Positions 1-12,812 of a stretch of 64,000 nt of DNA are shown in pieces. Within the stretch, counting starts at the first letter, position 1. Each line of letters opens with the position of its first letter. The stretch is from Octopus bimaculoides (Eukaryota): assembly GCF_001194135.2 (NCBI RefSeq), contig NC_068981.1:66387883-66451882 (forward strand). The letters run 5' to 3'. The position numbers and the translations under genes are program-made. Below the pieces are notes generated by a model. That model worked only from the letters and a program-made list of their open reading frames with translations, was not told the DNA's origin and did no database searches.

Positions 1-315
1 TGATCCGATCAACGGAACAGTCTGCTCGTGAAATTAACGGGCAAGTGGCTGAGCACTCCACAGACACGTGTACCCTTAACGTAGTTCTCGGGGATATTCA
101 GCGTGTGACAAGGCTGACCCTTTGAATTACAGGCACAATAGAAACAGGAAGTAAGAATGAGAGGAAGTCGTGGTGAAAGAGTACAGCAGGGTTCGCCAGC
201 ATCCCCTGCCGGAGCCTCGTGGGGCTTTAGGCGTTTTCGCTCAATAAACACTCACAACGCCCAGTCTGGGAATCGAAACCGCGAGTCCGCTGCCCTAACC
301 ACTGGGCCATTGCGC
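1..315 (-). mobile_element. tRNA-derived SINE (family C), cut by the window edge
   Basis: Minus-strand head GCGCAATGGCCCAGTGGTTAGG (A box) and GTTTCGATTCC (B box). Body motif gcaagtggctgagcactccacagacac recurs degraded at about 14890-15000, 18220-18350 and 29470-29760. Confidence 0.75.
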
Positions 316-565
316 ACATAAAACAAAACAAAAATATCTACATGTGCACTAACTCCAAATACTGTACATATACATAAATAGATGCAATGATTCCCTGATA
401 ATAGGCTTTTCCTCTATCGGCAAGAAATCTTGAAATGAAACTGAATAATGGCATATATATTCTTTTTAAATGATGCTCTCATTGTGTTTTAGAAGGCGAC
501 AACATGTTTATTTTTCAGTTTTTCTTAAAGATGTGTTGTTCTCCTTCTACACAAGTTGTCTACAG

Positions 566-847
566 CTGTGCTACTCAAAGTAGTGGTTAGAGGACCGATG
601 CCGGTCTGCGAGCCATCAGCTGCGAGTTTCCAGTAAAGAAAGTAACATTATAAAATGCTTATGTGATATAGTTTTATTTGCTTACAAAATAAATATAAGA
701 TTTTTTTTAAATGGTCAACTTTTATTATATTCATTATATATATTGTTTCCGGTATAAATTAATATTAGTAAGAAATATTACCGGTCCCTGGCACACTAAA
801 AAAAAATGCTGCCGGTACGCCTCCATCAGATAGTTTGAGAAGCACTG
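566..847. mobile_element. hAT (Charlie-like) MITE
   Basis: Ends ctgtgctactcaaag and revcomp cagtgcttctcaaac. Internal ccggt motifs near both ends. 8-bp flanks gtctacag and atctaagg resemble the nTCTAGAn Charlie target preference but are not identical to each other. Confidence 0.55.
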
Positions 848-917
848 ATCTAAGGGACATAACTCTGGTTTACTCTTTTGATATAACAAGACCTGTAATT
901 TAAAGTATTTGGATTTT

Positions 918-1397
918 AAAAAATGCGCGCAAAGCAACGGGAGGGTGGGGAGAGGAGAGGAACCGAGTTTTTCCCTCATAACTTTTTGGAAAATGTTTTT
1001 TTTTTTTTTTTCAATGAAATTTTATATAAATTCCTTTCAAACTGCATACATTGCGATTATAAAGAAATTTGTGGGTAAAATCTTTTACAAGGGGTGTGGA
1101 GAGGACTTCGGAAAATTCACAAGATCCGAGTTTTTCCCTTGTAACTTTTAGGAAAATGTTTTTTTTTTTAATGAAATTTTATATAAATACCTTTCAAACA
1201 GCATACACTACGATTATAAAGTAATTTGTGGGGAAATCCTGAGGTGGAGAGAGGACTTTCAGAAAAGGTATTTCTATAAAAATTCATTGAAAAAATTCCA
1301 TTTTCTTAAAACTTATGAGGGAAAAACGTGGATCTTCTGAATTTACCGAGGTCCTCTCCCTACCCTCCCGTTGCTTTGCGCGCATTTTTTTTTTTTT
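918..1397. mobile_element. Foldback-like element with long TIRs built from a 163-bp internal tandem unit
   Basis: 34-bp inverted repeat 923-956 versus 1352-1385 with 1 mismatch. Tandem units start at 963 and 1126. 1267-1358 is an inverted copy of about 1097-1192. Confidence 0.7.
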
Positions 1398-2289
1398 AAT
1401 ATTCGTTTCCTACACATTATTTTACACGCATTGCACTATTTTCTTCTGATTTTCGTTTCCGGGTCAAGTTGTAAACATTAGCCAAGTATTTTTTCATAAT
1501 AACTGTGAATTAACAGGGTTAGACTAAATAACGCCTCAGGGCTGAGATCTGAGATGTTGTGGATCTTCCTGGTCAAAATCCATTTTGATTTGGTCTCAGA
1601 TGGCTATCAAGCACCTGTTGAATCTTATTGATGACCTCAAAGCAGTGATGATGAACCAAGAAGTGTGGCAGGAAGACTTTGTTGCTGCAGCCTGGATTGG
1701 AACCCAGCCACAATAATAAATAATATTCCGAAAGTCTGCTTTTCCAGTTTCCAGTAAGGGGTGGTGGGGCACAATGAGTAATATTTACTGCATTTTTGCT
1801 TTTGGAAAAAGTTTATTTTTGTAAATGTTCACTATCTAACAAAAACTACATCAGCTAAGCAAATGACTTTCTCCAAATGCATTAAAAACACAATAACATA
1901 CTCAGAACACTATTTCAGAAAATTATCTCCGTTCTCTGAGCATATAAAAAACAAATTTAGATGGGGCAAAATGAGTAAGACAAGACAAGGTAAATTTGCC
2001 TTTTCAATTCTCTAGAATTACATTTGGAAAAAACTCATGCACATCAATATTCATTCTTAGACACCAGAAAGATCAGAAAATTAACAAAAATTTAAATACC
2101 TTGGTCAACTGAAAGGGAATTCTGGAAAAATGACACAATATGAAATTAACAAAACTTGACTAAATCAAAAAACTCAACATAGAATGTTCTCTATAACTTC
2201 TTCAAGATCTGCTGGAGAGGTTCTCGGCAGAATTCTGGTTTAAGCAACTCATATAACCCCTCATAACTTTTTTAATTTTGGGGGATTTT

Positions 2290-3102
2290 NNNNNNNNNNN
2301 NNNNNNNNNNNNNNNNNNNNNNNNNNNNNNNNNNNNNNNNNNNNNNNNNNNNNNNNNNNNNNNNNNNNNNNNNNNNNNNNNNNNNNNNNNNNNNNNNNNN
2401 NNNNNNNNNNNNNNNNNNNNNNNNNNNNNNNNNNNNNNNNNNNNNNNNNNNNNNNNNNNNNNNNNNNNNNNNNNNNNNNNNNNNNNNNNNNNNNNNNNNN
2501 NNNNNNNNNNNNNNNNNNNNNNNNNNNNNNNNNNNNNNNNNNNNNNNNNNNNNNNNNNNNNNNNNNNNNNNNNNNNNNNNNNNNNNNNNNNNNNNNNNNN
2601 NNNNNNNNNNNNNNNNNNNNNNNNNNNNNNNNNNNNNNNNNNNNNNNNNNNNNNNNNNNNNNNNNNNNNNNNNNNNNNNNNNNNNNNNNNNNNNNNNNNN
2701 NNNNNNNNNNNNNNNNNNNNNNNNNNNNNNNNNNNNNNNNNNNNNNNNNNNNNNNNNNNNNNNNNNNNNNNNNNNNNNNNNNNNNNNNNNNNNNNNNNNN
2801 NNNNNNNNNNNNNNNNNNNNNNNNNNNNNNNNNNNNNNNNNNNNNNNNNNNNNNNNNNNNNNNNNNNNNNNNNNNNNNNNNNNNNNNNNNNNNNNNNNNN
2901 NNNNNNNNNNNNNNNNNNNNNNNNNNNNNNNNNNNNNNNNNNNNNNNNNNNNNNNNNNNNNNNNNNNNNNNNNNNNNNNNNNNNNNNNNNNNNNNNNNNN
3001 NNNNNNNNNNNNNNNNNNNNNNNNNNNNNNNNNNNNNNNNNNNNNNNNNNNNNNNNNNNNNNNNNNNNNNNNNNNNNNNNNNNNNNNNNNNNNNNNNNNN
3101 NN
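2290..3102. other. Assembly gap (813 N)
   Basis: Run of n. Other gaps: 46989-46998, 60503-61051, 61813-62521. Confidence 1.
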
Positions 3103-3414
3103 GTTACCAATTTTGACCCCATTCCCCTGTAGTTATTTAAAGTATTCGACAAAATGACGAGAAAGAAAGAAAGAAAGAAAAAAATTTGATTTAATAAAAA
3201 GCATGTGAGCATAAAAGCAATAATTCTAAAACTGAAAAAAATGCTTTGAGTTTTTGAGAGATGTAATTTTATAATTAAAACTAAATTCAAAATTTAAATT
3301 TTTGAAAATTCATTACTCACTTGCTCTTTCATAAAATACGATCAGTTTTCAATGCTCCACTGAAATAATGAAGCTTAAAATGGCAATGTATGCGTGTGCA
3401 TATTTGTGTGCACG

Positions 3415-3447
<33 letters not shown>

Positions 3448-3625
3448 ATGTGTCTTTAATTGCCAGTGGTCATATGTTGAAAGAAGGAATTTAAGCCATT
3501 AAGTCCGAGAGTACTTAAATTTCTGAAAATTACATTAAAATTTTTACAGATGATTGAAAATAGGGTAAAAAGAAAAAATTAATTATTAAAACTCCTTTAC
3601 TTCAAGTAGAAATGGAAATACTGGG

Positions 3626-3702
3626 TGTCCTATAAATAAGACACTGAGACAATGTGATATAGCTTATTTAATGTTTTCATTTAGTGTCTTATTTATAGGA
3701 CA
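3626..3702. repeat. Perfect 20-bp inverted repeat with a 37-bp spacer (minimal MITE-like)
   Basis: tgtcctataaataagacact (3626-3645) and agtgtcttatttataggaca (3683-3702). Confidence 0.7.
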
Positions 3703-5776
3703 GTGGGACTAAACTAGAAACAATAACTTCTTTCTACCAATCTCTTTATCTTTATATAGATTCATACTCTCCTTCTCTCTCTCACACACATTCACAAATA
3801 CCTACAAACATTTTGAGAGTGTTTTTTGTTTTCTTTTTGTCTGTCAATGTTCCAAAAGCAGCTACAATTAATTCCCAAGGGAATTGTAGCTGTTTTGGGA
3901 CTGGGTAGCGGAAGTGATTTTTAATTGAATGAATTGATGTCACTAATGTACTTAAAACTGCAGTCATTTATCTAAAAAGAGGATCCATTACTTTTTAAAG
4001 ATATGTTTGTTTATTGAATGAGAGCCTCTGCTAGAAAGATTGCCGAGAGGCAGGGGCGTTCCTGTACTGAGTGCTATATATCCTTCATAGCAGGGAGGGG
4101 GCTATATCTAGTGTATACTCGGGGCAATTGCCCCCTTTGACCGCCTATAAATCTGACCCTGCCTCCAGTTTTCCATGTCACTTAACTTTTTTCTCAACTA
4201 CATATGACAGTTCACCAACACATCAAGCTGTTCCTGAAAAAGAGACATATAATCGTCAAATTTAACCCGAACAACACACACACACGCACGCGCGCGTGCG
4301 TGTGTGTGTTTCTATTTGTCATCCCTCCACCGCTGGTGTTAATTTGTTTACGCCTCCCGTAACTTAGCGGTTTGGCCTTAAGAAATTATCAATATTGAGA
4401 TGGCTGATAGCGACGAGATAGCATGATTGTTAGCACGCTAGACAAAATTCTTAGCTGTATACCGTCAGACTTTACATTGAGTTCAAATTCAGCCGAGGTC
4501 GACGTTTCCTTTCATCCTTTCGGGGTCGATAAAATATATACCACTTGGGTACTGGGGTCGACGTAATCGACTTAACCCAACCCCCGAAATTGCTGGCCTG
4601 GTGCCAAAATTTGAAATCAATATTGAGATGACTGGGTGACTTCGTTCGAAAGTTTAGAAGTTAGATAACTCACATGAATGGGAAAATGACTTTTCATAGA
4701 GAATTAATTCCCTTTAATTAAGTTATTCATTGTATACATAAAATTTTATCAAATATTGAAGTGTATCAGGCTTTCTTCGAAGTAGTTTAAGCTTCTTTCG
4801 CATAATCTACCGTCTGTCCACTGATCCTCTATACCAATTCGCTGCTTAACTTTCCCAATGCAACGCTTTGACATGAGATTGTATCTTTGTTGAGATATCT
4901 ACATTGATTTATCAGGGCCCTCTTACATGGAGGATAGGGGTTTCATTCGTTGCTTGACCTTTCCGTCTCCTCTCCATGCCTCGGTCACTGGTTAACACTT
5001 TGTTTTCTTTAATAGACAAGTAATAATCAAGAGACATAGAGAGTGCATTAAACGTTTTTGGTCTGTTTGTAGTCAGTCGCTGTTGCAAATTTGTATTGCA
5101 TTTCCAGTAGATCTTACCCCTCATACCACTCTAGTCACTTCAGACTCCTGCATTAACAACAAATACCATTCTTACTAGCAAGAAGATTCACGCTTGTGTA
5201 TGTCACATACAAATGTCCTATAGAAAAGCCTTTTGTTTTAGGCTTATCCGTGAATCTCATAGCTCGTCAGCTTCGCCAAATACTACTTGAAAACCTGTCT
5301 CTAAACGGTGTACTTACAACAAGTCAACTTAGAAGAGAACATCCTACACAAAGATTCTTTCTATGGGATGTATGGAGTTCAAATGCTTCTCAAACTTTCA
5401 AGTGACTTGTCTATTTAAAAGTACAACCACTGCTTAGAATAATGAACTAGTATAGTGGCGCCTTGAGAGTTAAGTGTTTTAGACATGGACAGTGTATTCA
5501 TGACGTAGACTACTAACCTTTCGACTAATAGAATAAACTGATAGTTGACTGAGCCTCCCACGACCGTCAAACGTGTGTGTATCTTTTACTTGTTTCTGTC
5601 ATTAGACAGCGGCTATGCTGAGACACCGCCTTTAGTCGAGCAAATCGACCCCAGGACTTATTCTTTGTAACTTAGTACTTATTCTATCGGTTTCTTTTGC
5701 CAAACGGGGACGTAAACACACCAGCATCGGTTATCAAGCTATGTTGGGGGGACAAACACAGATACACACACACGTC

Positions 5777-5826
<50 letters not shown>

Positions 5827-6347
5827 TAGATATGTTTCAACCAAAGATTGGTCCAGGCCATGTCTAACTTAATGGCACCACTTGATAGGATTATCTAAAT
5901 CCTTTTTACAGTCATATATGATGGGCTTCTTTCAGTTTCCGTCTGCCAAATCCACTCACAAGGCTTTGGTCGGCCCGAGGCTATAATAAAAGACACTTGC
6001 TCAAGGTGCTACACAGTGGAACTGAGCCCAAAATCATGTAGTTGGTAAGCAAGCTACTTACAACACAGCCACTCCTATAATAATATTTAAATTTTATATT
6101 TTGAAAGCATGACTGTTTCTCACACAAATGTTACATTACTGACGTATGCCAGTACTGTAGAAAAAAAATTCAGTAGACATCTTTATTATAAAAGTATGGA
6201 TATGCAAAAGAGACATAATGCTTGCTGTGCAAAATTTATACTTTAGGACATAAGATTTGCCACAACAGATACCTCTGCTACTCAACCAAGAGTCTAAGGC
6301 CCAAGGAATGAATATTAATGTCTAAAGTGGATTTCTATAAACTTTAA

Positions 6348-6753
6348 TCCTTTAGCATTTAAACTGACCATATCCAGCCCAAATATCCTGTTTGATGCTC
6401 AAACTAACCAGATCTGGCCTCTCACACCTACCTTACAATCTCATTCTAAAAGTAATGAATGACATCTTTGAGATCTCAAAAGTTTGAGGCAAAGCATGAT
6501 TAACTGAAAACAATGTGAATAAGTAAACATTACATTTGATAGAGTAATCTGAATATTCTTACCTAGTCTAGGCACAAGGCCCGAAATTTTTGGTGATGGG
6601 GGCCAGTTGATTAGATTGACCCCAGTACACAACTGGTACTTAATTTATCAACCCCCGAAAGTCAACCTCAGCAGAATTTGAACTCAGAATGTAGCAGATG
6701 AAATACCGCTAAGCATTTCACCTGGCATGCTAACGTTTCTGAATATTAAAGGG
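6348..6753 (+). mobile_element. TTAA-flanked (piggyBac-like) MITE interrupted by a minus-strand tRNA-SINE
   Basis: TTAA-tcctttagcatt ... aaaggg-TTAA. The SINE occupies about 6558-6737 and is flanked by the direct repeat tctgaatatt (6548-6557 and 6738-6747). Confidence 0.7.
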
Positions 6754-7496
6754 TTAAACCATATCAATTCACAATCATCAACTTAACCCATATTTCAGCC
6801 TTTGTCTCTCTGAAATTTCCCATTTGTTTACTTTTTTCCCTGTTCCTCTCCCCCCTTTTCTTGTTTATTATTGCTTGCAAGGTAAAGAAGCTTGCTTTGC
6901 AGCCACAAAGTTTAGTCCTACTGCACTGCACTTTGGGCAAATGGCTTCTATAGCTCTAAGTTAACTAATACCTTGTGAGTGAATTTGATAAATGGAAACT
7001 GTGCGGAAGCCCACAGTACATAAATGTATGAATGTGTGTGTGTGTGTGTAATTGTGTCTTTGTGCTTGTGTTTGTCTACCCCACACAGCTTGACAACTGG
7101 TGTTGGTTTGTTTATGTCCCTGTAACTTAGCAGTTCAGTATAAAGGATCAATAGAATAAGTACCAGACTTCAAAAAATAAAGACTGGGATCAATTTGTTT
7201 GATTAAACCATTCAAGGCAGAGCTGCAGTCCAAAGACTGAAACAAGTAAATGGTAAAAGGTTGTGGGTTGCCATAATTGATCCTGCTGTGATCAACTTTG
7301 CCTTTCAGTGAAAAAACAATGAAAGTACGCAAGTGAAATAAAGAAATTGAAAGACCTTTCATCAATGCTGCTAAGAGTTTTTGACTAAAACTATAGAAAA
7401 CAGGATGGAACCAAATGTAGTTGGCTTAGGTTTGAATTATTCTTCATTTCTCTTTCTCATTACAATGTATCTCTATTTGTCTGTCCGTCTACCTTT

Positions 7497-8079
7497 AAAT
7501 ACTTTGAGAGAAAAGTTGGACCTAAGAAGCATCAGTTGTGGTGTGCAAGAGAGACGATTGCGCTGGTATGGTCATGTGGCAACAATGGATGAGGATAGCT
7601 GTGTGAAAAAGTGCCACACCCTAGCGGTTGAGGGAACCTGTGGAAGAGGTAGACCCAAGACCTGGGATGAGGTGGTGAAGCACGACCTTCGAACATTAGG
7701 CCTCACCGAGGCAACGACTAGTGACCGAAACTGAACCAAATTTGATGACTGGCATCTGTGCCAGTGGAGCGCTAACAGCACCATCCGAGTGGGATCATTG
7801 CCAGAGCAGCTGCCTGGCTTCTGTGCCAGTGGCATGTAAAAAGCACCATTTGAGCATGGCTGTTGCCAGTACTGCCTGACTGGCCCTCGTGCCGGTGGCA
7901 CGTAAAAGCACCCACTACACTCTCAGAGTGGTTGGCGTTAGGAAGGGCATCCAGCTGTAGAAACTCTGCCAGATCAGATTGAAGCCTGGTGCAGCCATCT
8001 GGTTCACCAGTCCTCAGTCAAATCGTCCAACCCATGCTAACATGGAAAGTGGACGTTAAACGATGATGATGATGATGAT
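7497..8079 (+). mobile_element. 3' end of an RTE-clade LINE (RT C-terminus, 3' UTR, (GAT)n tail)
   Basis: LREKLDLRSISCGVQERRLRWYGHV..GRGRPKTWDEVV is the conserved RTE C-terminal LRWxGHV/RGRP signature. Tail gatgatgatgat. Confidence 0.88.
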
Positions 8080-10070
8080 TAATGCTTGTTAGTGGCTCTT
8101 ACCGATGCCTTGGGTTAAACTCAACTCACCTTGTCAGCTTAAAAGATTATCATAGTCTATAAGATGGTGCTTTTTGTGGCCGAGTTGTTTTGACTATTAT
8201 TTCTAGCAATACTGGTGCTGAATAGCACCTTCAGTTGCTTTAGTGATGTATATATTTTTGCCTTTTGGTATAAAAATTGCTAAACAAGCCACCCTTATTT
8301 ATATATATATATATGTTTGTCTCTTACATCTTATTTGTACACCTGTCTCTCACATTTTGTCCATCTGTTTGGCTTTCTCTCTTACACACACCTCTTTATC
8401 TAACACATTTTTTTGTTTCCATCAGATTGTTTATCTGTCTGTCTCTGTCTCTGTCTCTCTCATGCACATATACACACATACACCACAAATTTCTTCTCCT
8501 TTCACTTACAAGCATGGCTGAAAGAAAACACGAAACAAAGTAAAGAAAAGGTAACTAACAATAGAGAAAACACACACACACACACAAATAAATAAATATT
8601 GAATTATCCATACACAGATTATCAAACCAAATCCAATAACAACAAAATATATCAGATTATTTTTTATTATTATCAATTTTATATATATATACTTTTATAT
8701 TTTAGGTTACCATCATTTTCATGTGTACCAAATCAAAGTCAATTGGTAACAAAATTCATATTCAGTTTTTTTTAGTTTTTTATATCATTTTTTTTTCAGT
8801 AATTTTTTTTTTAATATTTTATTTTTGTTTTTCTTTCCTTGAACCAGTCAGCACATTTTTTTAATTTTATTTTGTTGCTTTCTTTTTGTTACTTTCCAGC
8901 AATTAAAATTCCCACCTTATTCCCTGATTATTCACTTGTCTTTAAAATTAAAGAAGAGAAACAAGATGTGAAGGAAAAAAATGAAAGGGTGGAGACAGGG
9001 GCAGTTGCTGGTCGTTTCCTTCTTCCCGTTTTATTTATTCATTTTTGTTGACAACACCCAAAATTTGTTCTATTAACTGAATTTGTTGGTTATCTAAAAT
9101 AAATAAAGTAGAATAAAATGAAATAAGAATAATTAAGACTAAGTAGTTTTAAGTGTGATTTTGATTAACTCTGATTTCAACTTATTTTATACACTTTCAT
9201 ACTATAGAGATGGCTAATATGTCCTCCTTATATACAGTGTTTTTCTTATAACCAAATCATGAAATCAAGCCAGTCACTATCAGTCTTCAAATATTTAAGG
9301 GAAATAGGACATTAGCCATTTCCTTAAAAATGACTTTCTAATTAGCTTACAGGCAATAAGATGAAAAGTAAGATGGATGATAAACAGATTAAGTTGGGGA
9401 AGGAAAAAAAAAAACTAAAAAATTCACCCAACCTCGCTTTGGTTGTCATAGACAAATAGCCTCAGATTTACAAAGGAAAATAGGTTAAGGGGATTACATG
9501 GCATTAATGCCTTTCTCAAAAGAATTACTGCTATCAGTGAAGTTAAAAGAAATGGCTACAGCTGTGAAGTGAAATAGCATTACAATCACTTACTCAACTC
9601 CAGCTTAGCCAAATTATAATGCATTATAATAATTCTATTATAGGCACAAGGCCTGAAATATCTGGGGAGCTGAGTCGACAATCAGATTAACCCGTGCTCA
9701 ACTGATACTTTTTTTATCAACCCCAAAAGATGAAAGGAACAATTGACCTTGGCAGAATTTGAACTCAGAACATAAAGAGAGACAAAATGCTCCCAAACAT
9801 TTTGTCGAGCAAGCTAAGAATTCTACCAGCTTATCACCTTATAATTCTTTATACTTTTACTTGTTTCAGTTATTTGACTGCAGCCATGCTGGAGTGCTGC
9901 TGCTTTAAAGAGTATTAAGTATAGAAATTGGCCCCAAGACCTATTCTTTGTAAGCCTAGAACTATTTTATCAGTCTCTTTTGCCGAACCACTAAGTTAGA
10001 CACATAAACACACCAACATTTGTCAAGAGATGGCAGGGGGACAAACACAGATACACACATATAAATATAC

Positions 10071-10126
<56 letters not shown>

Positions 10127-10973
10127 AAAGGGTTCTTTCAGTTTCCATCTACCAAATCCACTCACAAAGGTTTGGTCAGCCTGAGGCAATAATAGATGCT
10201 TACCCAAGGTACCACACAGTGGGACTGAACCAAGAACTATGTGGTTGGGAAGCAAGCTTCTTACCATACAGCCACACCCACGCATAATGATTTCAAAAAA
10301 AAATAAGTTGGTGAGTTGGCAGAACCATTAGCACACCAAGTAAAATACTTAGCAGCGTTTCATTCATCTCTATGTTCTGAGTTCAAATTCTGTTGCAGTC
10401 GACTTTGCTTTTCATCCTTTTGGGGTCAATAAAATAAGTACCAGTTGAGCACTGAGACTGATGTAATCAACTTACCCCCTTGCCCAAAACTGCTGGCCTT
10501 TTGTCAAAATTTGAAAACAATATTAAGGCATTTCATCCATGCATATGTTTTGAGTTCAAATTCTACCACAGTTAACGTTGCCTTTCACTCTTTTGGGGTC
10601 AATAAAGCAAGTACTGGTTGAGTACTGGGGTCAACGTAATTGACTTGCCCTCTTCCCCAATATTTCAGACCTTGTGACAAAATGTGAAACCAATACTGAT
10701 TTCTTAAAACAGGCACAAAGCCACAAATATGGGGGAGGGGTATAATTGATTATGTCAATTTCAGTATTTTACAGGTATTTATTTTACTGACCTTGGAAGA
10801 ATGTAAAATAAAGTTGGTCTGAGTGGGATTTGAACACAGAATGTAAAGAGCCAGAACAAATACTGCAAGGCATTTAGTCAAGTACTCTAAAAATTCAGCA
10901 AAGTGTAGTTAGTTCAATATGGGCAATACTGATCTACTTTTGGCATTTACTGTGTCATCTTTAAAGGGTTTAA

Positions 10974-11147
10974 CCCTTATGCATCTAGCCATTTAGATCC
11001 AGCCTCTCATTCCTACCTAACAATGTCATTCTAAAAATAACAATCACATCAGCGAAGTCTCAAAGCTTTGAGATAATGCAAGTTTAATTCAAAACAACAT
11101 GAATACACAAGCATTACATTTGACAGAGTAATTTGAATGCTAAAGGG
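10974..11147 (+). mobile_element. TTAA-flanked (piggyBac-like) MITE, same family as 6348
   Basis: TTAA at 10970-10973 and 11148-11151. CCCTT...AAAGGG ends. Shared internal motifs caatgtcattctaaaa and cattacatttgacagagta. Confidence 0.75.
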
Positions 11148-12812
11148 TTAAATCTGGAGTTTAAATGTAGATCAACAAAACTCAATACTAAAAGAACATT
11201 CATATCCCAGCACTTTGTAGTTTCTGTCACTCTGGCAATAATGGTTTCTAACATATACACAAAGCCTCAAAGTTTATGAGGATGAGTTGATTATGCTTGA
11301 TCTCAGTAATTTAACTAGTTCTATATTCTATCAACTCATAAGGATGAAGGGCTATGTTGAGCTGAATTTGAAGTATAAAAGTAAAAGGACATAAATGAAT
11401 ACCACAAGGTATTCATTTTGTTTGTCACTTAATCAATTCTGCTAATCTAAATAACAATAACAGAAAAAGAATGGGAAAAATAAAGACAAAAATTCAAGAG
11501 AAAAAATGACTAGTATGATAGAGTGTGGACATTTAGAAAGCAGAAGCTATAAGGTTTCAAAACTAAAGGTACCTTCAAAGAAACAGAGAATTTACCAAAA
11601 AGGATAAGCCAAAATTCTTCAAATGAATACTTTTGTAATTATACTGAATTCAGGAATCCCTTTTCTAAAACAAATCCAGTCATTTACATGCAGATGCCAA
11701 TCACAGACAAAAATAAATCAATAAATAAGTTAAAATAACTGGTAGCAATATTTAACATTGAGAAGACAGGAAGAAGGAAATTGGGAGGAGAAAGGAGGAA
11801 GAAGAGGAGTAGAAACAATATTCATAAACATAATTTTGCTTCAAAGTGGTATGAACATAAACAGCAGTATAAGAATGTTTGACTGATGCTAAACTCTTGA
11901 TTACAAGAGGCAAGGTTATTTGTAGATTAGTCAAAATTTGAGCAACAAGGACTTTTTCTTTTTTGTGTGTTTGTGTTTAACTTAAGAATATGGTCAATTG
12001 TCTGTGTTGAGGGGAAGAGTTTCAGGTCAACTGAATAAACACCAATAATTTTACTAGTATTTGTATTGATATCCCCCACCCCACTTTTTTCTGTTTCCTT
12101 TTCTTTTAGATCTTTGAGGAACAAAAGGTAAAGACAACTGGAGTAGGATTTAAACTCAGCATGTCAAACCACAAAGTTAAGTATACACCATTCAAGCCAT
12201 TGTGTTGTAGTTTTATGCCATTTCCACCAATCCACCATTTTGTCAACCAACACAAATGATTAAGTAGTAATTAATTATTATTTTGGTACAGACCTGATCT
12301 ACTTTCTTTGTATTTTTTTTCTTTTTTAAGACAGCAAAAAGAGAGTAAGAAAATAAAAGTCAACAAATTCAACTCCCTTCAAATATTTTTGGTATTCATA
12401 ATGGTACAGACTTTTGTAAAACCTTGACAGAAGAAGCAATGTCAACTCCCGAGTGATACTGAAAATAAACATCCATAAATACATACATGATGAAATTATG
12501 ACAGATTCCCCTGTTGATTTCACCATTGAATACTCAGTTGTTCAATCAACTGAGTTACTCTTTAAATTCTTTATATCATAGGCACAAGGCTTGAAATCTG
12601 GAGGAAGGGGCTAGTTGATTATATGAATACTCAACAGGACAACTTCTAATCGTAACTCCAGTGCTGGATTGGCACTTATTTTACTGACCCTAAAAGGATG
12701 AAAGACAAAGTCAACATTGGTGGAACTTGGATGCAGAACATAAAACTTGAAGAAATGCCACTAAAGCATTTTTCTGGCATGCTCCTTTCAGTAACAATCA
12801 TCCTTTCAACTA

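Noticed and set aside
1-315. tRNA genes suggested by A/B boxes here and at 22952 and 41394
   Set aside because: No complete cloverleaf; the boxes are heads of multi-copy SINEs followed by conserved bodies.
2202-3290. Long ORFs of 200-360 aa here and at 60429-62679
   Set aside because: They are open only because they run through N gaps (X residues).
4049-4163. ggcaggg...ccctgcc ends with an internal 14-bp palindrome ggggcaattgcccc (4121-4134)
   Set aside because: Suggests a PIF/Harbinger or hAT MITE, but the TIR is only about 7 bp and no TSD is evident; insufficient to call.
4750-5100. Weak RTE-like peptide traces on the minus strand, also at 1560-1715 on the plus strand
   Set aside because: Too degraded for any full conserved motif to be read.
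8243-8595. ORFs with YIYI, HTHT, SLSL or CVCV runs here and at 9962, 15899, 17830, 35025, 42740 and 46739
   Set aside because: Translations of dinucleotide microsatellites; no protein motifs.
8900-8988. Possible plus-strand exon after a long pyrimidine tract (IKIPTLFPDYSLVFKIKEEKQDVKEKNER)
   Set aside because: Only a weak donor, no partner exons and no recognisable homology; purine-rich low complexity is enough to explain it.
12532-12555. 9-bp hairpin actcagttg/caactgagt
   Set aside because: A similar sequence recurs at about 14866 as part of a dispersed repeat; too short to be meaningful alone.
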